A stretch of DNA of 64,000 nt from the sequence record OR258281.1; one strand, 5' to 3'. The notes beneath the pieces are model-generated. The model saw only the letters and a program-made list of their open reading frames with translations. It searched no databases and was not told the origin of the DNA. Below, piece after piece: positions 48,676-58,222 of the stretch (positions are counted from its first letter, which is position 1; the number at the start of each line of letters is the position of its first letter). Both the position numbers and the translations under genes were made by a program.

Positions 48676-49262
48676 CTGACTGATATACCCGCTTAGTAGT
48701 GGATTATACATAAGAGATTGTGTGATCCTGGTATAATAATTAAAACCTGATCCTATCGAAAAGTAGATGGCAGATGAGTTGTTCAGACAGAACGATGAGC
48801 AAATGAGACCCGTGTAAATTACTCCAAGTTAATTCAGAGGACACGGCAATGCGGCTCAATAAAGATGGAAAGAGAATACAAGTACTCCATCCTAGATAGA
48901 CATATAAGGATCGCACCTTACCAACATGTATAAGGGATTCTATTACTCGTAATGGATTTGGCGACGGAATTATACAATATAGTTACGTCCAGAATTTGAG
49001 TACTTAGAAGACGTATTTGAAGTGTTCATGTACTTTAAATGCGTAGAGTAGTGATGAGCTACGACCGTTGCAATATGAACTGCGATAGGAAGAAACAGGG
49101 CAACCCGCTTCCGTTTAGTACAAGATAATTGTATCTGAAATTCGTAACATGAATTGATACTGGCTACCAGCGTCAAGATTAAAACCAAAGAAGTATTTTG
49201 GAATTTAGTTTTTCATTCCCCCGTTGTGGGGGATAGAATTGAATCAACAAACCGCGTCAAGT
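48676..49262 (+). ncRNA. Large structured ncRNA candidate, copy 2 (about 587 nt)
   Basis: Homolog of 14823-15375; identical block at 48805-48855; terminator at about 49416-49443. Confidence 0.75.
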
Positions 49263-49457
49263 ATAGTAGCTGTTAAAGCTTTGAGTACTTCTTAGGATTT
49301 AATCTAGTAAATCAAAGAATATAAATTATTCATAAGAAATGAACGTAGTGAATTTCGTTGGATAATTTAGGATTAGATGAACGAAGTTCAGATAAGCCTT
49401 GTAGTTGAAAACCAAAAGAGAGATCACTGTATCTCTCTTTTTTATTGTGAGTCATAA

Positions 49458-49973
49458 ATGCATAGCGTATATAAACAGTTTAATGGTAGTACAAGTCCTG
49501 CAATGCCGTCAGTTTTTAATGGATATAAAATTGTTTTTCAGCCCAATGGCAAAATCCTTTGGTCTATAGAGAAATACCAAAATAATATACGAATGCCTGA
49601 TTTCAAAATACGTTTCCGTCCTAGTGCATATGATAATGTACTTAATTCAGTACTCATCAATTACTCATGCATCATCTACAACTCAAATGGTGCAAAACTA
49701 CGAGAGTATTACACAGATGATTTAAACTCATTTTATGGTGAAAGAGTCGTTTATAGAGATGGAAAAAAGTGCAGTGAGTACTGGAATAAAATTAATGAAG
49801 TAACCACAGAGGTATTACAGATCACGGGTGGAGTACTTGATTCTGAACTGTTCAGCACTGAAGACAGATTCAATCTGTATATTAAATATGGTACACCATT
49901 TAAGTTCTATGATGAATTCAGAATTGATGATAAAGAAATACAGGAAATAGTTGAGTTCTGCAAGAGCAGATAA
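49458..49973 (+). CDS. FNLS-motif family member 23
   Basis: STEDRFNLYIKY. Confidence 0.75.
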   Translation: MHSVYKQFNGSTSPAMPSVFNGYKIVFQPNGKILWSIEKYQNNIRMPDFKIRFRPSAYDNVLNSVLINYSCIIYNSNGAKLREYYTDDLNSFYGERVVYRDGKKCSEYWNKINEVTTEVLQITGGVLDSELFSTEDRFNLYIKYGTPFKFYDEFRIDDKEIQEIVEFCKSR

Positions 49974-49982
49974 GGAAGTAGC

Positions 49983-50546
49983 ATGGATGCTAAAAAGAAA
50001 CAAAGTAAAACAGCAGCACCTAAGAAAAGAAATCTTGGAGTACATTTCACCTCTAAATCACAGACATGGAATACACCTAAAGACTTCTTCAATAAGATTG
50101 ATGCTGAATGGAAATTTGAAGTTGATACCGCATGTCTGAAAGAAAGTGCACTATGTTCTGAGTACTTTACTCCTGAAACTGATGGATTAGGTTCATCATG
50201 GGATCAGAAAGTATGCTGGAATAACCCACCATATGATGACATTAAGACCTGGATTAAGAAGTGTTATACTGAATATGTTGCTGGTGCTACGGTCGTACAG
50301 TTGATTCCATCACGTACTGATACCAAAGCATTTCATGAGTACGCATTTGAATATGCTACTGCAATATGTTTCATTAAAGGACGCCTGAAGTTTGATAACC
50401 CTACTCTTCCTTCGTGGAAAGCAGATGGTTCACATACCAAAAGTCCCGCACCATTCCCGTCTTGTCTTATTATATTTGATGACAATTTAACTGATGAGAA
50501 AATGAAAGTACTTCAAAGTATAGGTACTGTCGTTAAGAAACTATGA
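49983..50546 (+). CDS. dam: Phage-type DNA N6-adenine methyltransferase (Dam, PF05869-like)
   Basis: SKSQTWNTPKDFF; catalytic WNNPPY; VVQLIPSRTDTKAFH; ICFIKGRLKF. Confidence 0.85.
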   Translation: MDAKKKQSKTAAPKKRNLGVHFTSKSQTWNTPKDFFNKIDAEWKFEVDTACLKESALCSEYFTPETDGLGSSWDQKVCWNNPPYDDIKTWIKKCYTEYVAGATVVQLIPSRTDTKAFHEYAFEYATAICFIKGRLKFDNPTLPSWKADGSHTKSPAPFPSCLIIFDDNLTDEKMKVLQSIGTVVKKL

Positions 50547-51037
50547 AAATAATTGAAATCCTGAAAGAAACTTTTGAGAATTTAGATAGTCTTATCCCTA
50601 ATATAAGAAACTTTGATGATTTATGGTATTTCACCAATTTACCTAACACATATCTGACAGACGAGGAAGAATTGGATGGTATGCCTACTGTTATTCAGTA
50701 CATCTATAATATAGATCACTATCAGCAATGGTTCAGTCTATCATCCCAAGATGTTTTTACTGGTGTTACTATATTTGTACCTGATAATAACGATTATCAA
50801 CGATATTATTATAACTTAAGTAGTGTTCTGGATTTAAGACTAAAAGTATATTCTAATGTTAGCTCAGAACCTGTACCTTTACCAATTACTGATGACACTT
50901 ATTTTAATTTTTCGATGCAGCAGGAAATGAAACTTACTCATGAAGAAATGATTGAGATTGAGAAATATTTTAATAAGTACCAAAAGGTGATTGATAAGTA
51001 CAAATTAAACATTGAGATAGTGATGAAGAGACAATAA
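50543..51037 (+). CDS. FNLS-motif family member 24
   Basis: TDDTYFNFSMQ. Confidence 0.8.
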   Translation: MKIIEILKETFENLDSLIPNIRNFDDLWYFTNLPNTYLTDEEELDGMPTVIQYIYNIDHYQQWFSLSSQDVFTGVTIFVPDNNDYQRYYYNLSSVLDLRLKVYSNVSSEPVPLPITDDTYFNFSMQQEMKLTHEEMIEIEKYFNKYQKVIDKYKLNIEIVMKRQ

Positions 51038-51570
51038 TGACATTAATGGAAAGAATAACTCAGGGTTTTAATGTCTTTGAGGTCACAAAAAACTTTGTAG
51101 AAAAAGATTATGATGTGGACTATGAAGGTGATTACTACTATTTTAACAGTAATAAATTAGACGGCCATTCTATAATGAATGGCCTTTTTTATCAATGTTG
51201 TGATTATAAAAATGATTCTATAAGTTCACATTTAGATTTTGAAGATATTTTATCAAGAAATAATTACTTCTGGCTTTCATTAAACCAAAAGGACGATAAT
51301 GGTCATTTAATTTGTCTCTATCCTACACATGATAATGATGAAAACTATATTAGATATTGTTTCAACGTAGACGAAACAGTTGACTTATACTCAGCCGAAG
51401 GACATGTAAAACTTGAAACTCTTATTTCTGCTGATGATATTTTTAATGCAAGAATTCAGAATTTTTATGTACAACTCACTGAGGAAGAATTAAAAGTAAT
51501 TAATGGTTATATCAAAAAGTACTCAAAGTACTATGATATGTATGGATTCGATATTGAGATAGTTTTATGA
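51037..51570 (+). CDS. FNLS-motif family member 25
   Basis: SADDIFNARIQ. Confidence 0.75.
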   Translation: MTLMERITQGFNVFEVTKNFVEKDYDVDYEGDYYYFNSNKLDGHSIMNGLFYQCCDYKNDSISSHLDFEDILSRNNYFWLSLNQKDDNGHLICLYPTHDNDENYIRYCFNVDETVDLYSAEGHVKLETLISADDIFNARIQNFYVQLTEEELKVINGYIKKYSKYYDMYGFDIEIVL

Positions 51571-51794
51571 AATCAGAAGGTGTAAAAGATATTGTGGTAT
51601 GGCTTGAAAATGAATGTAAGAAAGCCAAAGCTAAAGTACTGCAAGCTAAAGCTGAACGGAAAGATTCTCACTGGTTAAGCCACGAATATCTGGATAAACA
51701 GATTGAAATTGCAGAAGCTGAACTAGATACTCTAGTACGAGTAAAAATTAGTACTGAAAAATATATGAGGAAGCTACGCCATGAAGCTCAGTAA
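51567..51794 (+). CDS. Hypothetical helical protein
   Basis: ATGA overlap. Confidence 0.7.
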   Translation: MKSEGVKDIVVWLENECKKAKAKVLQAKAERKDSHWLSHEYLDKQIEIAEAELDTLVRVKISTEKYMRKLRHEAQ

Positions 51795-51897
51795 ATTTTT
51801 TTGTTTTATTGGAATGCACAACTACGAAGAAATAACTGAACTGGAAGCAAGATATTTGGAATGTAGCTGTTGTGGCAAACCATACGTTATGTGTTAA
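51781..51897 (+). CDS. 38-aa Cys/His peptide (DUF1660-like; not in the ORF track)
   Basis: MKLSKFFCFIGMHNY...ECSCCGKPY. Confidence 0.55.
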   Translation: MKLSKFFCFIGMHNYEEITELEARYLECSCCGKPYVMC

Positions 51898-51907
51898 GAG
51901 GTATAAA

Positions 51908-52126
51908 ATGATCGTTGCATTACATATTACATCAGAAAGTGGTGACCATTATCTACAATTATACAAAGATCGTTCACCATACCAGATTCGTGAAGAATTA
52001 TGGGGTGAAGAATCGTATTATGGTTGTAGTATTAATTATGAAGTACTTGATTGTTCTGAGTCTGAAGAGAAACAACTTAATGAAGTACTGGAAGAGGTAC
52101 AAGAAGAATCTTGGAATTGGGGTTAA
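51908..52126 (+). CDS. Hypothetical acidic protein
   Basis: GAGG RBS; start corrected. Confidence 0.7.
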   Translation: MIVALHITSESGDHYLQLYKDRSPYQIREELWGEESYYGCSINYEVLDCSESEEKQLNEVLEEVQEESWNWG

Positions 52127-52665
52127 TGAGTACTTGTATTGTAATTTTTGGAAGAATGAATCTTCCACATAATGGACATGGCCTTCTCTTTGAGAAGGCT
52201 CTTTTTTTGCAAAGAGAAAATCCAGAAAAGGACATAAAAATCTTCCTAAGTACGCAGTGTAACATCAAAAATCCTCTTCCATTTGATGTGAAAAAAGAGT
52301 ATATTAAACGTCTCTTTCCTTGCATTGCGAACTTCGTCGAGGATAAATCATACTCTGAACTATTCAGCATTATGAGATACCTGGATGAAAAGTACCAGAA
52401 CATAGAATTACTTGTTGGTTCAGACCGAGTACAGCATTTCGAAGAAATACTTAATCGATACAATTATAGTCAATACGATTACGATACTATAACAGTACAT
52501 AACTGTGGTGAACGTTCTTCTAATGATCTAAGTGGTACAAGTATGCGTTCATATGTACATAGTAAAGATTATGAAAAATTCAGTACTTCATTACCTGATG
52601 TATCAGATGAACTAAAACAAGAATTCTATAAAACTTCAGCGAGATATATGAATGTCAAGACTTGA
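52126..52665 (+). CDS. HIGH-superfamily nucleotidyltransferase (cytidylyltransferase-like)
   Basis: IFGRMNLPHNGH, LLVGSDRV, LSGTSMR motifs. Confidence 0.8.
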   Translation: MSTCIVIFGRMNLPHNGHGLLFEKALFLQRENPEKDIKIFLSTQCNIKNPLPFDVKKEYIKRLFPCIANFVEDKSYSELFSIMRYLDEKYQNIELLVGSDRVQHFEEILNRYNYSQYDYDTITVHNCGERSSNDLSGTSMRSYVHSKDYEKFSTSLPDVSDELKQEFYKTSARYMNVKT

Positions 52666-53092
52666 TCCTGAACTTAGTAAAGCTATTGTTATTATGGGTA
52701 AGATGTGTAACGAGTATTCGGATTTAGATTACTTTATAAGACATGCTCAAGACGAAGCTTATTTTTGTTCAATAAAACATAAAATGGTACTTAGCCGGTA
52801 TGGTTCTAATATTGGCTTTTATGAAACTACTAATACAACAAGACGTAGTTTTGGTTATATTTTACTGAATGCTGATTATCAAAAAAGGTTAAGAGTGTTC
52901 GACAATGGAAGTTTAATATATGCAAAATCAAGGTACTGCTGGATAGATTACAAGAACGATATTAGTTTTGATAAGTCAGACGAGTACTTTGAACATTTAA
53001 TGAATTATGACATTAAACTACTATACACTGACTTTGCCTTTATTGATGAAGTTTTTGATGACATTGACTGTAGAGTGGAAATATATCTATGA
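52652..53092 (+). CDS. FNLS-motif family member 26
   Basis: KSDEYFEHLMNYDI. Confidence 0.7.
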   Translation: MSRLDPELSKAIVIMGKMCNEYSDLDYFIRHAQDEAYFCSIKHKMVLSRYGSNIGFYETTNTTRRSFGYILLNADYQKRLRVFDNGSLIYAKSRYCWIDYKNDISFDKSDEYFEHLMNYDIKLLYTDFAFIDEVFDDIDCRVEIYL

Positions 53093-53508
53093 GAGTACAA
53101 TATGAAATAGTAAAAGCTATTCAAAAATTTATTGATACTAAAGGTACTAACTGGAAAGAAAATTGTGTATCACCTATTATACTAGGTATAGATTTGAGTA
53201 TTGTATATTCTAAATCTTATTACATTATTAAGAAAGAATCAAATTTTGTAGGAATGCATATTCCATCTGATGAAGAGAACTTGATATACCTTGACCGCGA
53301 TATGTGTTTAACATGGGATGAAGAAAAGGTTACTCATGGTGATGTAAATGAAAATAATGTTCAGGTTTACCATAAACCACTAACCCGTGATGATTATTTT
53401 AATCTTCAACTCATAGTACAGAACTTTGATATTACGTTTGAAGAATTCATTGACATGATCTCATATAATCATGAATTCTTAAGAATAGATGTAGAGGAAA
53501 ATAATTGA
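53089..53508 (+). CDS. FNLS-motif family member 27
   Basis: TRDDYFNLQLI. Confidence 0.8.
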   Translation: MRVQYEIVKAIQKFIDTKGTNWKENCVSPIILGIDLSIVYSKSYYIIKKESNFVGMHIPSDEENLIYLDRDMCLTWDEEKVTHGDVNENNVQVYHKPLTRDDYFNLQLIVQNFDITFEEFIDMISYNHEFLRIDVEENN

Positions 53509-53966
53509 GTACACTACTTGAACGTTTAGATATATTACTTAAATTATCTCAGTTAGATACTCTTAAACTAATGTATCCTTCTAATTCGTCTCATGCATTT
53601 ATCCTGCCATATGAAGTGCAAGTTATATGCAAAGGTGTATATAATCTTCTCCATTGTACTGAACATAAATTACTTGGGGTGCTTACTGAAGGTTATTGGG
53701 TTAAACAGCCCGGCGAAATAGAAATTGAATATCGTGATTTCAATGTATTTTTCACCCAAGAAGAATGTAGAATTACTTGTTACCAGCCTGAAGATATATG
53801 GAAAGAAGACCCCGACGAATTGGTAGTAAAAAGTAAAGAAGATTTCTTTAATTTAATGTTAGTACGTGAATTGCCAATAAGTTACAACGATTATGAAGAC
53901 CTTATGTTGTATAGTAATGAATTCAATAAGCATGTAACAATTTATATGGTGGATCTGCATGTTTAA
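53505..53966 (+). CDS. FNLS-motif family member 28
   Basis: SKEDFFNLMLVRELPISY. Confidence 0.8.
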   Translation: MSTLLERLDILLKLSQLDTLKLMYPSNSSHAFILPYEVQVICKGVYNLLHCTEHKLLGVLTEGYWVKQPGEIEIEYRDFNVFFTQEECRITCYQPEDIWKEDPDELVVKSKEDFFNLMLVRELPISYNDYEDLMLYSNEFNKHVTIYMVDLHV

Positions 53967-54237
53967 GTACAACAGCTTGTTTTGGGAAGAGAGTAATAAT
54001 GCTGGTCATCGCCAGATTAAAATTAGTGCCTTTTCAAGAGACATTGCAGTAATTAATGCTACAAGGACCGATTCTGTATGGCGTTGTACTTTCGTTCCAT
54101 TAGGATTTAAGTTCAGTACTGAAGAAATGGGTGAACTTCAGAAGTGCATCAAATACTCAGAAGAGTTGATGAAGATGATGGTACTTGAAGATTTAAGTAC
54201 AGATGATTTAGATGCATTTATCGATACAATAAAATGA
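53959..54237 (+). CDS. Hypothetical protein
   Basis: Overlapping ORF. Confidence 0.7.
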   Translation: MFKYNSLFWEESNNAGHRQIKISAFSRDIAVINATRTDSVWRCTFVPLGFKFSTEEMGELQKCIKYSEELMKMMVLEDLSTDDLDAFIDTIK

Positions 54238-54246
54238 GAAACTAAA

Positions 54247-54687
54247 ATGTATAATTTGAAAAATGCAATACAGTTATTGGTTAAAGTTTACCATAAAAGA
54301 CATTATATTATGGGAAATGTTTTCGATACTTTCACTAAACTTGATGATTTCGAATGTAAGTACTACGCAGGTTGTATTATTGCAAAATGCGATAACTCAG
54401 GAATGATGGTTACCGTTATGAGACCACGACAGAATTATAAAAATTCTGGAATTGATATATATCTGGATGACAATTATTTCCCTACATCTTTTTTCTACAG
54501 GAAAGATAATGATGTAATTTTTCAGTCCGGTACTCAACATTTGTTTGACATTAACAGTACCACAGATGATCATTTTAATGCGATGATTGATGATGATTTG
54601 CCGTTCTCACTTGATGATATTATATTCGGTATAAAACAATTTGAACAAATAAGAACAACTTGTACTATTACATATAAGAAAATTTGA
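54247..54687 (+). CDS. FNLS-motif family member 29
   Basis: TTDDHFNAMIDDDLPFS. Confidence 0.75.
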   Translation: MYNLKNAIQLLVKVYHKRHYIMGNVFDTFTKLDDFECKYYAGCIIAKCDNSGMMVTVMRPRQNYKNSGIDIYLDDNYFPTSFFYRKDNDVIFQSGTQHLFDINSTTDDHFNAMIDDDLPFSLDDIIFGIKQFEQIRTTCTITYKKI

Positions 54688-54688
54688 T

Positions 54689-55135
54689 ATGAACATTGAA
54701 AGTTTAAAGCTTTTGTTCAGAACTATAGAAGAATTTCACAACTACCCCAATAAAAACGACTTCTACAATGCGGTAATGTTGAGTACTGGAATTATTTTGA
54801 AACGTAATGAATATAGTTCTGAATTTTTTGTAGGGAAAAACGAAGTTCAAAACTACGGTCTTAGTATTGCAGTACGGAATTTTTCTTATCTGATGATAAA
54901 TTTCAGAAAGGATAGCAGTATTGCATGTAGAATATTATATGAATCTGGACACTTGAAAATTTATGATGTTCATTCTGGTATTACTACCGATCTTGAGGGT
55001 GAAATCGGTAAAGAGGATATATTCAACTTAAATTTTAATCATGAGTTTGCAATTGATTATGAATTTATTGAACTACTAAACAAGTACCATCCGGTACTTG
55101 ATAATTATACTATTAAGGCGTTAATAAATGTGTGA
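54689..55135 (+). CDS. FNLS-motif family member 30
   Basis: GKEDIFNLNFNH. Confidence 0.8.
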   Translation: MNIESLKLLFRTIEEFHNYPNKNDFYNAVMLSTGIILKRNEYSSEFFVGKNEVQNYGLSIAVRNFSYLMINFRKDSSIACRILYESGHLKIYDVHSGITTDLEGEIGKEDIFNLNFNHEFAIDYEFIELLNKYHPVLDNYTIKALINV

Positions 55136-55556
55136 ATTTAAATTGTTATTCGAAGTTTTCGAGTTTATGAATGAAATCAAAAGTACTGATGAACTTGAAG
55201 AATTGTGCAAAGTAACATTCGATGAAGCTGGTGATGGATATAAAATACTTAGACTGCCAAATTCATATAACATATATAAAGGTAATGTTTTTAAATTTCG
55301 TGTTTATATGAACAGAAGTAATGGGTCATTTGATACTGGTACGCATAGACCACGTTCATACCATGTAGAAGACAATAAGTTTATTATCCGACACAAATAC
55401 AAAAAACAAAGCACGGAATTAGATCTACCTATCTCTAAAGATGAGTTCTTCAACTTAAGTATTTCAAATGATTATAAATTTACATATGAAGAGTTGGTGA
55501 AAGCTGGTGAAATCCTCAGTACTATTAATTACCAAATTTTATGCTTTGTTGATTAG
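55128..55556 (+). CDS. FNLS-motif family member 31
   Basis: SKDEFFNLSISN. Confidence 0.8.
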   Translation: MCEFKLLFEVFEFMNEIKSTDELEELCKVTFDEAGDGYKILRLPNSYNIYKGNVFKFRVYMNRSNGSFDTGTHRPRSYHVEDNKFIIRHKYKKQSTELDLPISKDEFFNLSISNDYKFTYEELVKAGEILSTINYQILCFVD

Positions 55557-55567
55557 GGTAGTATATT

Positions 55568-56071
55568 ATGAGTTCAGAATATACTCCAAAAGACATAATG
55601 GTAGAAATGATGTTAGAACGCAGAGAGACTTCTTTTGATAATCTAAGGTACTTGATGTTCAATCCAGTACCGGTTAGAAATCCAGGACTATTAACTTTAG
55701 CAAGTTCTATTATTGAAGATTATGATACTGTTCAATACATCATGCCAGAACTTGCGTATCATAGTATCGAAAGTAACGAAGAATATTTAAACACTTTAAT
55801 TCAAAAATACAAGTTCATAAAAGATAATTTTCATAATTATATTCTTTCAGTACTACAGTACTTACGCAGTTTAGATGATAAAGAGTATTGGGTACTTATA
55901 AATTCACCGTATGGATATAGTGTATCATTCGGTGATGAAACAGGCACCTTTTGTAATCTATACTTTACTGAGTTGGACTACAAAAAACACGTGCTATCAC
56001 CTAATTTATTATTGGATAAAATTCATTTTAAATCATTTAATAACGAAAAAATTGAGGTCTTACGGCCTTAA
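55568..56071 (+). CDS. Hypothetical protein
   Basis: 167-aa ORF. Confidence 0.75.
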   Translation: MSSEYTPKDIMVEMMLERRETSFDNLRYLMFNPVPVRNPGLLTLASSIIEDYDTVQYIMPELAYHSIESNEEYLNTLIQKYKFIKDNFHNYILSVLQYLRSLDDKEYWVLINSPYGYSVSFGDETGTFCNLYFTELDYKKHVLSPNLLLDKIHFKSFNNEKIEVLRP

Positions 56072-56086
56072 TATTCAGGAAATTAT

Positions 56087-56542
56087 ATGTTCATTGATGA
56101 TGCAAAAGTAGAAAAATGGTACATAACTCTTGGGAATGGTGGTGAGTTTTTGGGCTATCTTCCGGTATATTCTGCCGATTATACATACTATACAATTCAG
56201 AATATCAATCAAAATTGTGAGTTCGATAGGGTATCAGTAGTACTAGGATATGAAAACTCTGACCGTCTCTCCTTAATTGAAATGAGCTACTACGAGCTAT
56301 TGTCAAAAGCAGAATTTAAAGCAAGAAAATTTCGTGGATCTTATGAAGATTTCCTTGCTAAACGTGATGAAATCCTTGATAATATCTTCAGGAATCCATA
56401 TTTTATTGTCTTTGTTGGATGTGATGATGGTGACATATGTATGCGATTCAAAGATAAAGAACATGCATTAAAGTACCTTACTGAACAGATTGTGTACTTC
56501 GATGAGGTATATCAAGACCCTAACATGATGATTTATAACTAA
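56087..56542 (+). CDS. Hypothetical protein
   Basis: 151-aa ORF. Confidence 0.75.
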   Translation: MFIDDAKVEKWYITLGNGGEFLGYLPVYSADYTYYTIQNINQNCEFDRVSVVLGYENSDRLSLIEMSYYELLSKAEFKARKFRGSYEDFLAKRDEILDNIFRNPYFIVFVGCDDGDICMRFKDKEHALKYLTEQIVYFDEVYQDPNMMIYN

Positions 56543-56551
56543 GGATAAGAT

Positions 56552-57187
56552 ATGTCCAGTACTGAATATACAAAACTAAAAACAAAAGTATTTGGTCTAC
56601 TTGAAGGTATGACCATCATGGACCCTAAGTACTTCAAAGTACGTGAAGCACTAATCTATGGTGAAACGGTACATACCGGTACACGTAAAGATGGTTCTCC
56701 CGAATTTTCACATCAGATGGAAATGTTAGCTATCGCGATTAATTTCCATACAATGATGCTTGATCCGTACTCGGTTTATCTTGCAATTATTACGCATGAT
56801 ATGTATGAAGATTACCCACAAATCTTACCTACATTGCGTACTAAATTTCCTGAAGCTGAACAATACTCATTACGTCTGAGTAAGTACAAAGATACATCGG
56901 AACGTGAATACAGTTCTTACTTCCGTGAAATTGCAACATGTCCAGTTTCATCTGTAGTAAAACTGATCGACCGTATTCACAATCTCAGTACTGCACCGGG
57001 TGCTTTCAGTAACAAGAAAATGCTTGAGTACAGTGCAGAAGCAAAGCAGTACTTTCTTCCTATGCTTAAAGAAGCACGTAATTTACATAATCAGCGTACT
57101 GTATATGAAATCCTTAAAAGTTTCTTGGTAACTGAAATGAAAATTATTGACAAACTGCTGGGTGACAAAGATGAAAAAACTGTTTGA
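56552..57187 (+). CDS. HD-domain (p)ppGpp-hydrolase-like protein (SpoT/Mesh1 type)
   Basis: HTGTRKDGSPEFSH, THDMYED, VKLIDRIHNL. Confidence 0.8.
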   Translation: MSSTEYTKLKTKVFGLLEGMTIMDPKYFKVREALIYGETVHTGTRKDGSPEFSHQMEMLAIAINFHTMMLDPYSVYLAIITHDMYEDYPQILPTLRTKFPEAEQYSLRLSKYKDTSEREYSSYFREIATCPVSSVVKLIDRIHNLSTAPGAFSNKKMLEYSAEAKQYFLPMLKEARNLHNQRTVYEILKSFLVTEMKIIDKLLGDKDEKTV

Positions 57188-57413
57188 AGTACTATTCCGA
57201 TTCTTTAAACATATTGCATTTATTTGCTACTTCTCTGTAGTTGTAGTATTGCTAATACTGTTAGATTGGATGTTTGTATACATACTGGATGATGCCACCA
57301 GTACTGGTTTAGGTATTGTCGGAACTATTATGTTCTTTTTCAATATAGTAGCGTTCTGGTTAACAGTAGTAGAAGTGTTTAAGAAGTACATAAAGACAAA
57401 AAAGGAGCAGTAA
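57171..57413 (+). CDS. Two-TM membrane protein
   Basis: Two hydrophobic helices; start corrected. Confidence 0.7.
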   Translation: MKKLFEVLFRFFKHIAFICYFSVVVVLLILLDWMFVYILDDATSTGLGIVGTIMFFFNIVAFWLTVVEVFKKYIKTKKEQ

Positions 57414-57443
57414 TAATATAATCTAAGCAAAGGAGTTGCATAA

Positions 57444-58178
57444 ATGGATAATATTAAATTTAGCGTTGAAATGGCGAACGAGCTTAATAAAAGCCGATTC
57501 CAATCACTCACACCAGTAATGGCAGAAAACGCTGTAGCAGCCGCTATAGACGGTGTGAGTTGTGGTAAGGCTAACTATCTGGCAGATGCTTATAGTCCTG
57601 TGAACAGCATACAGTACTCAGTTAAGACATATAAGGATCAGTTCGTCCAGAAATATATGGATGGTGAGGTGCAGGAAGAACGTATGTTCACTGATTACAT
57701 TATCGAACGTCGAATTTCAGGTGTAAAAGACCCGAACGATTCCGCTGATGTAGTAATGACTGAAGTACTACAAGATATATATGATAACGAAGCAGTCTCT
57801 AAAAATCATTATGGTGTGCAGTATACTAATACAGTACTCTTAGGTTACGCGGAAGACGATTCTTATTTCTATTTCAGAAGTACAGTAGTTCCATACGAAT
57901 ATCAGGCACCTTCTTATTGTGAGGTTAAGTACTTTACCGAAAACAATAAGAATTTCAATAAGCATGTTGGAAACCGTGAAGCAATACTTGGTTATAATAA
58001 TGATGGTATGTGTATCTATAAATGGACTACACCTAACTCTCAGGTTTATACCAGAACTTTACAGAAGAAATATGACTTGAGAGAACACGACTCATTCTAT
58101 TTCAAAATCCAGAAATGTGTATATATCAGACCATCTGATGATGAACTGAAAGCACACATAATTCCGTTTGGTTTTTAA
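57444..58178 (+). CDS. Hypothetical protein
   Basis: AAGGAG RBS; 244 aa; terminator at about 58183-58210. Confidence 0.8.
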   Translation: MDNIKFSVEMANELNKSRFQSLTPVMAENAVAAAIDGVSCGKANYLADAYSPVNSIQYSVKTYKDQFVQKYMDGEVQEERMFTDYIIERRISGVKDPNDSADVVMTEVLQDIYDNEAVSKNHYGVQYTNTVLLGYAEDDSYFYFRSTVVPYEYQAPSYCEVKYFTENNKNFNKHVGNREAILGYNNDGMCIYKWTTPNSQVYTRTLQKKYDLREHDSFYFKIQKCVYIRPSDDELKAHIIPFGF

Positions 58179-58222
58179 ATTATAGGGTACTTTTAAGTAC
58201 CCTTTTATTTTGGATATTAATT

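Noticed and set aside
14823-49262. Group I/II intron, RNase P, tmRNA or tRNA identity for the duplicated RNA
   Set aside because: No interrupted gene flanks it, and I found no P/Q/R/S, domain V, GAGGAAAGUCC or tRNA-like ends. An Rfam search is still needed.
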